DNA of 64,000 nucleotides from Balanoglossus misakiensis. Taxonomy: Eukaryota; Animalia; Hemichordata. Below the pieces are notes generated by a model. It was not told where the DNA came from. It saw only the letters and a program-made list of their open reading frames with translations, and searched no databases. Shown one piece after another: positions 24,935 through 36,148 of this stretch (position 1 is the first letter of the stretch; the number at the start of each line of letters is the position of its first letter). A program made the translations under genes and the position numbers. The stretch is from the NCBI GenBank assembly GCA_040954595.2, contig CM082591.2, positions 7,492,047 through 7,556,046 of the forward strand. Direction: 5' to 3'.

Positions 24935-25283
24935 GGCCACTGTAAGTAAACTCTTTGTTTTGCACCCTCATGCACATCGTTTTTGGTTTCTTTTGTTTTT
25001 TGAAGATTTTTGACAAAGACAGTGTTTTTCTGACGACAAAACTCTGTTAAATTTTTTAAATAATTTGTTCATATTACCTGCACGGTTGAGGTGTATGTGT
25101 TATGAACAATGAAGTTAAAAAGTACTACTTTGATTCTTGAATAAATACTTCTCTGACGAGGATCTAAAATATATAAATTCCATGTACTTTATTAAAATTC
25201 CTGTTTTTGTTTTTTGATCACTTATCCATAAACCTTTCAAAACTTTGAGCGGACGCAAAACAAAGAATTCACTTTCTTTGGCC
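24935..25283. mobile_element. MITE with ~36-bp TIRs starting GGCCA (Zator/ISL2EU-like)
   Basis: GGCCACTGTAAGTAAACTCTTTGTTTTGCACCCTCA versus reverse complement of the other end GGCCAAAGAAAGTGAATTCTTTGTTTTGCGTCCGCTCA. Absent at the paralogous site (~3250-3300). Confidence 0.7.
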
Positions 25284-26830
25284 ATATTCTTTACAACATA
25301 TTTTACAGATCACATGACAAGCATTGTGTTAGCTCCAAGGTACTCAAGGCCACTCACTGGAACTTTTCTGCAGTTTTGTTTCTCCTGGTGAACACCAACT
25401 TCCTTGTATAATTTGAGGATTCCTACATTTATTAGTGTACCTGGATCGAAGCTCTAACATGTGAAGGAATCAACCACTCTTTTACAACCGTTTTTGGAGG
25501 TATGTTATACACGTGGAGCTGGTGATTGTCTTGTTTTTTAAGGGAATACATTGAATACATACATATAAGTGACGTGTTGTAAATGGGTGGTGGCAAAGAG
25601 ATTCCAAACTCTGATATCACATCTACAACACAGGTATGTGACAAGTACTGAGCTGCTCTGTGGTACTTGGAACCAAACTCTGGGATTTCTCCTCTTTTTG
25701 CCAGTGGGAGCTACCTCTAGCTTTGTATGGATCAAATGGATTGAAACTCTAACTTCTGAAGGAATCAACCTCTCTGTTACAACATTACTAGGTATGTTAA
25801 ATGTAAAGAACTTTGTGATTTATTGTCTTGGAATTCTTTCAGTCCTCAAACTCAACGACTTCTTCATATAACAGAAACACATCCTAAAAAAGAATTCTAT
25901 TGAAAATAAGTCACCACACTTTTCTTGATTTGAATTCATGGGTCTGAACAATGTCTATGATTCATAAATGTAAAAACTTTAAAGGGACAATGCATGGTCT
26001 CGTTTTTGTTTTTGTTTTTCTGGTGTCAGGTACAACAACAGGTATCACATGACAACCACACACAGTACTCACGTAAAGCCTATAGAACCAAACTCATAGA
26101 GATGGTTTTGCCTCGTGAGCACTATCTTAGTTTCATGACAGTTTGTGGAGATTGTAAAAACTTAATCAGTAATAACTATAAAAGGGACAATTATTTTCAC
26201 TGATGCAGTAACCTGCTATAGGGCATACAAAATATTAAGTGCATGCATGCAAGGTCTCCTTTTTTTATGTCAATATACACCAGGTACAACAACAGGTATC
26301 ACATGACAACCAAACTCATAGAGATGATTTTCCCTCATGTGTGAGCACTATTTTAGTTTCATGACAATTTGTGGAGATTGTGCATTTATAAAGTGTAAGG
26401 TTCCTAGAAACAAAGCCATGTCTTGTGAGAAATTGTCCACTTTTTTACAGACTTAAGTAGGTAGAGTATTTTATTGACAGAAGTGATCATTTCAACAGCC
26501 ATCTTAACCCTCAAATTCAATGCCTTCAAATTCTTTGTTGGCATCACACAGCGAATTCTATCTAAATAAAATTCTACTTTAACTCTACTTTGAAATTCTG
26601 TCGACCACCTGTAAGATTCAGACAATTTGTTTTTTAAGGCCAATTATGATTCTTTTCTATCAATCAATACGTAGACATGATACTATCATGCAGAGTATAG
26701 TTAATATTTAATCGTACATGTTGTGGTCTGGTTTTACACAGACTGTGACCTCATTTGGCCTTTAGGGAGCTGTCTTTAATACAGTGTCACATCACATATA
26801 CCCTACATCCACTGAAGCAACTGCATTTAA

Positions 26831-28783
26831 AGGTACATGAGCTGCAACTGGATAACAAATTAAAGCTTTAAATAATCTTGTATATGCTTTTAATTATGTC
26901 TATTAAATGGTATTTCATGATAATATATCAAGCTCAACACTTATTTATGACAAAATGGCCAAAAAATTAAAGAAAACAAAACATTCTCGCAATTTAAAAA
27001 AATAGCGTCAAGGACACTGTGGTCCCATTTGAGGTTTATGCGGAAACAGTGACATACCAGAATAAAAATTACAGGTGACATTGCCAGCAGATATGATCTT
27101 ACGATATAGAGATATGGAATGTAAAAAAATTAACAAGGAACATGCCCAATAAACTGTCATGTGTCATGGCAGTCTTTCAAGTGATGCTAGAAAAAAAAAT
27201 GACCAAAAATTGTCTGTACAAACACATATGAGAAGCAACTTCTTTCAGTCAGCCCTGGAACAGACACACAGACAGACAGACACACACTGACCTGCCACTG
27301 GTAATTAAAAATTTAATAGCTGGTGGTCTCTGAAACAGCTGGCCTATTAAAGTTATGTAAACATATCTTAGTTCGGGGTAACAACTCCTTGTAAACAGTA
27401 ACTTTAAAAACAACTGGACAATTGGTTTAGGAGAAGATTTGCTAACCAAAAACAAAGAAACAAGTTTATCAAAATAACTCGCTAAATATTGAATATTTCT
27501 GATATCAGAATTGAATAAAAGTTGCACATATACATGTATGTGTTATGAAATTATATCCTAAATTTCAAAGCAATCAGAGAAAAACAAATTTTAAAAGCAA
27601 TCCAACAAGCAGTTTTACAGATAATATTTGTTCAAAAGTGGCAAAACACAAATATGCAAATATCACCAAGATTGTACAATATCTTACTTCAATCACTACA
27701 AGGAACATGCTGCCAAAGTTCAATGCAATATGACAAGCGGTTTCAGAGAAAACAATTTTTGACAAAAAATGCAAAAGTTTCCCCGATAACACCTTTATGC
27801 AAATATCACATTTTTTAAAAACATATTACTTAGGTTACCCCTATGAACATGCCTACCAAATTGCAAAGCAATCTGGCATGCGGTTTTAAAGAAAAAAAAA
27901 TTGACCAAAAATGGCAAATATTGCTCAAAATTATAAATATGCAAATTTTGCAACAATTTGAACAAAACTATGGTTACTCAGACAACCATTAGGAATCTTC
28001 ATACTAAATTTTAAAGAAGTAAGCCCATCACTTTCAGAAATGAAGACTTTTTACCAATACCATGGAAAAATACAAAAAAATGCATAAAAAATAGGAAATT
28101 AGCTCAAAACATACAGGACTGTATGAGGTTGACATAAGGTACATGCATACCAATTTTCAAATCAATATGACCAGTGGTTGTCGAGTTTTTGAGTTTTGAC
28201 CAATTTCACATTTTCCCAGCTAATTTGCATATTTTTGGCAATGACAACTTCATTTGAACAAACTCCCATCTACAGCCGTGCCTGCATCTACACACGAAAT
28301 ATCGAGGTCATATGCGCTGCGGTTTTCAAGTTTTTGATGTGAACAAAGATACAGACATACATCACTACATCCATTTATACATCCATCCATACATACATAC
28401 AGACGCAACCGATCCCATAAGGTCCCATGATACATACCAATGGGACCTAAAAAAGTGCAATATTACAATGAAAAAGGAAAATATAATGTCTCAGCAGTGT
28501 GCATTTACTTCCATGAGCTCAAGTGGATGAGATCATGTTTTGTTTATAAAGTTTCATAACCGGAAATGCAATATTTTCATTGTTTCTTGCATTTTCCCAT
28601 GGTGGCGGCCATATGCGCTTATGGCAAAGCTTTATTATTTATCTGGTTAAAACTTGCATTGGCACTCATATTTAGGGTTTAGGATGATAGTGTATTCATC
28701 TGCATGCATGGACTTATGGTAGTACCGTTTAATTGAAACAAAAATTATTAATAATTATCCCAAAAGTTACAGCTTATGTGCCT
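26831..28783. mobile_element. Kolobok-like non-autonomous DNA transposon (TTAA TSD, AGG...CCT termini)
   Basis: TTAA|AGGTACATGAGCTGCAAC ... GTTACAGCTTATGTGCCT|TTAA. The empty site with a single TTAA is present in paralog 1 (actgcatTTAAtatgtccattc, 12128-12131). Confidence 0.88.
27132..28454 (+). mobile_element. Helentron-associated (HINE/DINE-1-like) element nested in the Kolobok-like element
   Basis: Begins AACAAG, has degenerate internal repeats and a (CATC/CATA)n microsatellite, then a 3' hairpin AGGTCCCAT-n11-ATGGGACCT followed by an A-run. The 5' boundary is approximate. Confidence 0.6.
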
Positions 28784-29039
28784 TTAATTTGTCCATTCTT
28801 TAAAAGGTGATACAAATGACACACCATCACATCATCACGACCACTGGTCGACTTCTCATTAATAACAAATTTGCTTTAACTGAAATACAAATGCTTTCAA
28901 GTAATAGGTCTTTACTGCACAATACTGGTTATCGATCAACGTACAGCCTAAGAAATACATGTTATTGAATTCCTTTCTGGAAATAAACAAGAGTTGTCAG
29001 CATACATGTTGACAAGCAATACAAGGGCTTGCTTAAACT

Positions 29040-29609
29040 AGGGTCTGTGACATGCCCTATACAACCACATATCAAATCACTATTTAAGTTAACGTATGTT
29101 ACTATCTGGCATTGCTTATCGCCCTCTGTGCTTAGATAACAAGCAAGTAAAAGTGGTGAGTGGGCGTGTACTCCTAACCCAACTCAGTCGATTTTTTCGG
29201 CTTTTCGAAATTCAGCCGAAGACTTATCTTGATGTGGACAAATAGTCTGTCACACCTTCATAAATCCTCTGCTGGTAATGTGAGGCAAGGACTTCCTTTG
29301 CTTTGAACACTGTTTATATAGCTGACTGTCTTTGTCTATGGATTTAATTACGCATGGACTGCTAATTACACTTTACTGTCAGCAGAGTGGTACACTAGGT
29401 TCTAGTGGACTTGTCTGTCCATATGCAAATACCTTTGCTTGGCTCGAGTGTGAAGTGGCTCCCTGATCACAGGCATAAAAACGGGTGACAAATTCCGGCA
29501 TTCGCGCACATTTTTTGGAACCGACACAATAGGCAATGCATAGACAGGTACCCTAGGTGAGCTTTTGACGGGGAAAAATGAAAACTTTATAAAGCATGTC
29601 ACACACCCT
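29040..29609. mobile_element. Kolobok-like MITE immediately upstream of gene 2 exon 1
   Basis: TIRs AGGGTCTGTGACATGC / GCATGTCACACACCCT followed by TTAA. Absent at the paralogous site (~12990). Confidence 0.75.
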
Positions 29610-29704
29610 TTAATGTGATATTACACATGCAAACAGTCACAATCTTATGTTTACATTCAACTATACCCAGGTACAATATATTTCTTCCCAGCAGGAATAT
29701 AAAT

Positions 29705-32700
29705 ATGTCAGAACCATCTGCAGCACTGGTTGTATTGAAATCATGGGACAAGGAGGCAAAGACCTCCCAACCAACTCAAGCTATAATCAAACATCTCAAA
29801 GAAAACGCACTCCAGTCTGAGAACATTTCTGAATTCCTCTGTACTACCCTTGAAGTTGAAGTGAGTGAAGAACAAAAGAAAGATGCAGAAAGTGTTGGTG
29901 CTACTTTGATCCCAGCTACAAAAAGTGAGTGGTTGGATCCTCATGAAGACCCCCCTGGAGTACACTGGCTTGTTAACCATAGCATTTACTTCCCAGGACT
30001 GAAGAAACTGAAAAACATCCAACATGTAGTCGGATATTCTCCACAGACACACAATGCAGCCAAAGCAATTCATGAAAGTCTCTTCCCTGAAGCCAAACTT
30101 CACCAACTCAGTCTTCCTGAACCACCACCTGTGGCAGCATTAATGGTCATGCAAACCTGGCAGACAGAATCAGAAGATCAGACAACAACACCAACTCATC
30201 AGCTTGTCACTAAATTTCGAGAAGAAACCCAGAAGTCAGAGAAAGTTTCTCAATCCTACTGTACTACACTTGATGTTGAAGTGAGTGAAGAACAAAAGAA
30301 AGATGCAGAGAAATTTGATGTTACTTTGATCCCAGCTATAAGAGACGAGAGGATGGATCCTCATGAAGACCCCCCTGGAGTACACTGGCTTGTTAACCAT
30401 GGTACATACTTCCCAGACTTGAAGGGGCTGCAAAACATCAAGCATGTAGTGGGAATCATTCCAAAGACAAAAAATGCTGCAGTGGCAATTCATACGAGTC
30501 TCTTCCCTGAAGCCAAACTTCACCAACTCAGTCTTCCTGAACCACCACCTGTGGCAGCATTAATGGTCATGCAAACCTGGCAGACAGAATCAGAAGATCA
30601 GACAACAACACCAACTCATCAGCTTGTCACTAAATTTCGAGAAGAAACCCTGAAGTCAGAGAAAGTTTCTCAATACTACTGTACTACACTTGATGTTGGA
30701 GTGAGTGAAGAACAAAGGAAAGATGCAGAGAAATTTGATGTTACTTTGATTCCAGCTGTAAGAGATGAGAGATTGGATCCTTCTGAAGACCCCCCTGTAA
30801 TAAACTGGCTTGTTAACCATGATACATACTTCCCAGATCTGAAGAAACTGAAAAACATCCAACATGTAGTCGGATATTCTCCAAAGACACACAATGCAGC
30901 AGCCGCAATTCATAAAAGTCTCTTCCCTGAAGCCAAACTTCACCAACTCTCACTTCCTCAACCACCAGCTGCAGCGTTACTGCTACTACCAGCCTGGGAC
31001 ACAACCTCAGAAGGGCAGATTACAAAACCAAGTCATATGCTTGTCAATGAGTTCCATGAAAAGATAAAGTCTGAGAATGTTTCTGAATTCCTCTGTACTA
31101 CCCTTGAAGTTGAAGTGAGTGAAGAACAAAAGAAAGATGCAAAGAGTGTGAATGTCACTTTGATCCCAGCGAAAAGAAACAAGTGGTTGGGTCCAAAGAA
31201 AGATCCGCCTGGAGAACACTGGCTTGTCAGTCACACAATCTACTACCCAGGACTGAAGAAACTGAAAAACATCCAACATGTAGTCGGATATTCTCCACAG
31301 ACAAACAATGCAGCCAAAGCAATTCATGAAAATCTCTTCCCTGAAGCCAAACTTCATCAACTCCATCTTCCAGATCCACCTCCTGGGGCACTGTTTGTGT
31401 ATAATGAATGGAACAAAGAAGATTGTGGCTTGACTGGGTTTCACAGAACTCTTGTACAAGATTTCTGTAAAAGGAAAACCAAAGAAGGAAGAGCTTACTC
31501 CACTCTGGTTGGTGTCAAAGTCAGTGATGACCAGAAGGCAGATGCTGCCAAGTGTCGGGTTACATTGATTCCAGCACAACAACCAGAAGACAAAACTGAA
31601 CCAGAAGATGATCAGCCACATTTAAAATGGTTGACGAAATATCATGAAATCTACTACCATCACCTCAGACAGCTACAAAACATCAAGTATGTTGTTGGGT
31701 ATGCTCTGAGGACTGGATTCGCTGCTGCAAATATCAGAAATAAATTGTTTCCTGATGCAGAACTAGTGATGATCAACCATGCCTATGAAGAAGGCAACTG
31801 TCTGTGGAAACTACCTCCAGGAAAGTTTAGTGAAATGATGCTAAAGCTGGCAAGTGAAGCTGACATCATATTTTCAATTGGTCCAAGTATGTATGAGCAT
31901 TTCAAGAATGAATACCGGGCTACCTTTGATGGCAGGGAACTACACATGATCCCTCATGAAGAGATTTTCCCCAGACCTGCTGAAGTCTTTTTCAGAAAAG
32001 ACCCAACGTTCCTAGATGGAGTGACTACTCACAGCATACTGACATACGGGCAGATTGATACACAAGAAGCCTTGGACAGATGTGAGACAATAGCAGCTGC
32101 TATTGGAAGTGCAGCAAACATGGTGAAAGACTTTCACAACAAACTTCTGAATTGGTCAATACGGGGAGCAGGTGAGGCTGAACTGAAGCATATTCTACAG
32201 CAGATGAACAGCAATCATGTAATGGCATATCCTCACCCAGATTACTCAGAAAAGACCTTAATGATATCAGTGCATCAATCTCACAGTTGTCTTCCTGTCT
32301 CTGTCTACAAGGACTATCCATATAGCGGTTTAGAATCTATAGCAGTTGGACTACCAACCTATCCTGATGAATATTCCCAGCTTGGAAAACTAGTCAAGAA
32401 ATACTTTCCATACCACGCAGACAGATTTGTAGTGTTACACTCATCTGATAAGATTTCAGAGAAGATAATATGGAGTGTCCAAAACACCAGGTTAGCTTTT
32501 GAAGAAGCTAAGGAGCTGAAGAAGGCTCTCATGGAGAGTGAAGATGTCAAAAAGAGTTATGCGACATTTGCCAGTTTGTTGACTCCAAAGGACAGACAAA
32601 ATGTAACAGGTATGTACAGTGTACACTTTTAGTAAATTATATCCTGTGTCTAGTTAATGATACATACTCACTGGTAATTGTTTCTTTATTTTTCAACTTC

Positions 32701-35700
32701 AAGACTAAATTTGGTCAAATAGTGAAACCTGTACAGACATGCATGCATCACAGAGATACCATCTTATTTCTAAAAATAAACTGAGTTCTGTTGTGTCTAC
32801 AATTTCTCATTATCTGCAAATCACCATTTAAAAACCTGTTCATTTCTAAAGTAATTAATTTATGGTGACTACAGACATTAGTAAAATCTAGTGAAATGGT
32901 TGGGAGTAAGTACTAAAGCAGCTAATCCTTCAAAACATACAGTGTTGTTTTTACAAGCTAAATCACTTTCTTTCTTCTATCTTCAGCTGACACAAAAATT
33001 GCAATCCATGTCCAACTGGATGAAAATGTCTACCAGGAGTATCTAGCAGAAAATGAAGGCCAGAATGAGGAAAGACAGCAAACTATATCTACAGCTTGGA
33101 ACAACTGCCAACAAGAGTTGAACAGAAGAGCAGCTGATGTGATATCCAATAGTGATGACATCAACAAAGTCAAGAAGGCCTGCACTGACAAACTGGGTGA
33201 AGTGGACATAACTAATATGGAAACAAGGTCTCTGCAAATCACAGCCAACATGCGTAGACTTTATAATCTCTACCGATTGCGGGGAAGCTGTCTTGAAGAT
33301 TCAAGAAGTTTAGCCAAAGCGTTAGAACCAATCTTGATGTCAGATGAAATGACAGAGGCCAACACAGCTGGAATTCCACTACAGTTGACAGCAACATATG
33401 ACCAAGCCAGGTTTGATGAACTGGAACTATTCTTTCTGAACAGTAAGTTTTGTTCATAAGATAATGATGTAAAATTTTCAGACTATTTTTTCAGACAAGA
33501 GAAAATGATTTCAATTCAGGACATTGCTAATAATTAGTACTTATTGATTAAATGCTCTCCAAAAGAGACAAACATTACTCTGAAATCATAGACAATAGAA
33601 TATCATTAAACAGCAGAACTTGATTTGATAAAGATTTGATGGTTATATCTACATTCCTCAACATATTATTGTATTATTATCTTTCAGGAGATGGTGGAGG
33701 AATAGGACCAGTGGTATGTGACGACAGCGTAGACGATGAATATGTCAATGAGATACTGGCTGAGGTATGCTTTGTAATTTTAACCCTTAAAGTGTCACAC
33801 CTGATCAATTGCAAGCCAAGTTGCTCTTGCATATTAATTGTCTTCAAGAGCAATATCAGCTGCACAGGTCAAAACCAGCTAGTAGACCTGTTGAGAATCT
33901 TGTGACTCTGTGGTATTTGAGTGATGAATATTATATCATGTGATCAAAATAGTATTTCTGGGATGAGCACTTCAACAGTTTCCATGTTTTTTACGTTTAG
34001 TTGTCAAATAATAAAAGTGTTCATCTCTTCCAATTTCAGATTGACAGAACACATCTAACTTTGCAACGGGAGTTACCGGTAACAGAAAAAGATTCTGATA
34101 CTGAACACACTGGCCTGAAACAAAGTGAGTGATTTTACCATCACTTCAGTCAATGACAACAAACTGCACGTTTAGGCTTCATAAATATTCAAAGATTAAA
34201 AAAATACTGGCATAAAATGTGTTTACATATATCCAAATTTTCCTTGATGATACACATTTCACTAGGCGTTGCACTTACATAATACTCTGACTTTTTTTAC
34301 CCCATGAACAATGTAGGAAGGTTTTTGTTGTGGCCATAAAAAATTGATATCTCGGTATATTTTGTTAACTTGTAATGATGAGATGTGATATGAAAGAAAC
34401 AATTGTCAGCCAACATAAACATTCTACCATACATTGCACAGTACACCATTTGTTCTTTCTTCTGCATCACCAGTTTGATTTGTTGCTTGAAAGATTTATG
34501 TGCCAAGACTAAAAACCTGATTTTGTTTGTATTTTGCAGGTGGGATATTATCCAAGTTGTTGTTCTTTGAGATTGATCAGACACGAGAAATCCAGAAGTC
34601 AGCTGACAAATATGCACCTCTGATACTCAACAGTGAGCAGTGTAAAAGACAGAAAGGAAGACAGTGTGACATCATACAACTTACAGTGAAAATGACCGAG
34701 AAAGTTCAGCATATCCTATCTCACAGACCTCAAGTCTTAGAGTTACTGGGTGTTAGAAGGTACCTAATGACTGACACAGAAAACATGGATTTCAGTGACT
34801 CAGGTAATTCTTAAATATGATGCAAACAGCACATTTACTTTATAAAGGGAAGTATGTTTGTTGCTCTTTGTAACCAAAAGTAAATGGGAACATACACAGC
34901 TATGCACTGGTGTGCAACATGAATGAAACTTTACAATAGTTATGCAATAATACCATTCTCTATGTGTGATAATTATGGAACTTAATACATGTCCAAGGTT
35001 ACTTGATATCAATAACATTTATCTACATTCACCATTTCAGAGTTGGAAGATGAAATCACACTACATGGCAGACCAATTTATACCATACAAGCAGAATCTA
35101 TCAGCTTACAAGCAAAAAGCTTACTGCCCTTTGAAGCTAGTGCAAAACAGCTCAAAGAACTAAAACAACTGTTGGATAGGGCCCTGACAGAGAAATCCAA
35201 AATTCAGACTGAGTCAGTTGAGAATAAGAGAAAGCTAGTTGGAGAAATCACTAAACTGTGGACAGAGAAAATGATTCTAGAGAATCAGTTGAAAGAAGCA
35301 CTTCAGGAAAAGTCTTTCTTAGAAGATGAGTTCAAACAGAAACTTGCAAGTGTTGAGAAAGTAGCCGCCACACAACTTATTGATGTCATTTCCCTGAAGG
35401 AAAGATTGAGAGAATCAGACCCTATTAACATCCAAGAACTACAATCTAAACTTGAACAACAAGAACAAACCATAACTGAGCTAAAGTCAAAATTATCCAA
35501 AATCCAGGATGAGCAATGTTACACTGAGCTGCAACTGAAAAATGCAAAAACTCTTCAACTAGAAGAAGATGCAAAATTGGAAACTGAACAAGGTGAGATT
35601 GATATAAATCTGTTTCGATTATTCCTGCATCAAGAAACCCTTGGTCAAATAAAATCTTCCAGCTCATATAGATTATAAAAATATGCAAGTTTTCATCATT

Positions 35701-36007
35701 GTAAGGATTAACCAAGTACTAAACATTTAATTTCAAATCTTTGTAGGCAAACTCACACCATCTGATGTGCCTCTCAAGAAAGATTACACAGGAGACATAC
35801 CATCTGTAACCATGGCTGCAAAAGATGAAGATGAGCCTGTGAAACCAACAGCTGTGCAACCTGAGATGGCATCAGAAGAAAGAGGAGCTGAGAAAGCCAG
35901 ACATCCACAACCAGAGACAATGGGAACAGAAGACATTGAGGCTGCGGCCAAGATGACGGAAGGAGATAGAACTGAGACTGAGAAAACTAAAGAGAAAGAA
36001 CTTACCG
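29705..36007 (+). CDS. Gene 2, exons 1-7: 29705-32609, 32987-33442, 33688-33764, 34040-34124, 34540-34803, 35041-35592, 35747-36007; (GT4 N-lobe)x4 - GT4-like - TRADD-N-like - coiled coil
   Basis: Paralog of gene 1 with the same phases and no stops in these exons. The ATG at 29705 aligns with 13075. The ancestral exon-7 donor is deleted; a new donor CCG|GTAAGA at 36007/36008 is in phase 1. Confidence 0.8.
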
Positions 36008-36148
36008 GTAAGACAAAAGAAAAAGTCAATGAGAAGCTTAGAACGTTGGAAATATATTTACATTCAATCTGATGTTGGAAAGGGCAGTATTCTTGACAAA
36101 GAAAAAAAGCCAATGAGATAAGTTTATATTCAATGTTTGCCAAATGTA

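Noticed and set aside
29615-29704. 30-aa N-terminal extension of the 1005-aa ORF
   Set aside because: It starts at GTG next to a MITE end and spans the splice acceptor. The true ATG at 29705 matches gene 1.
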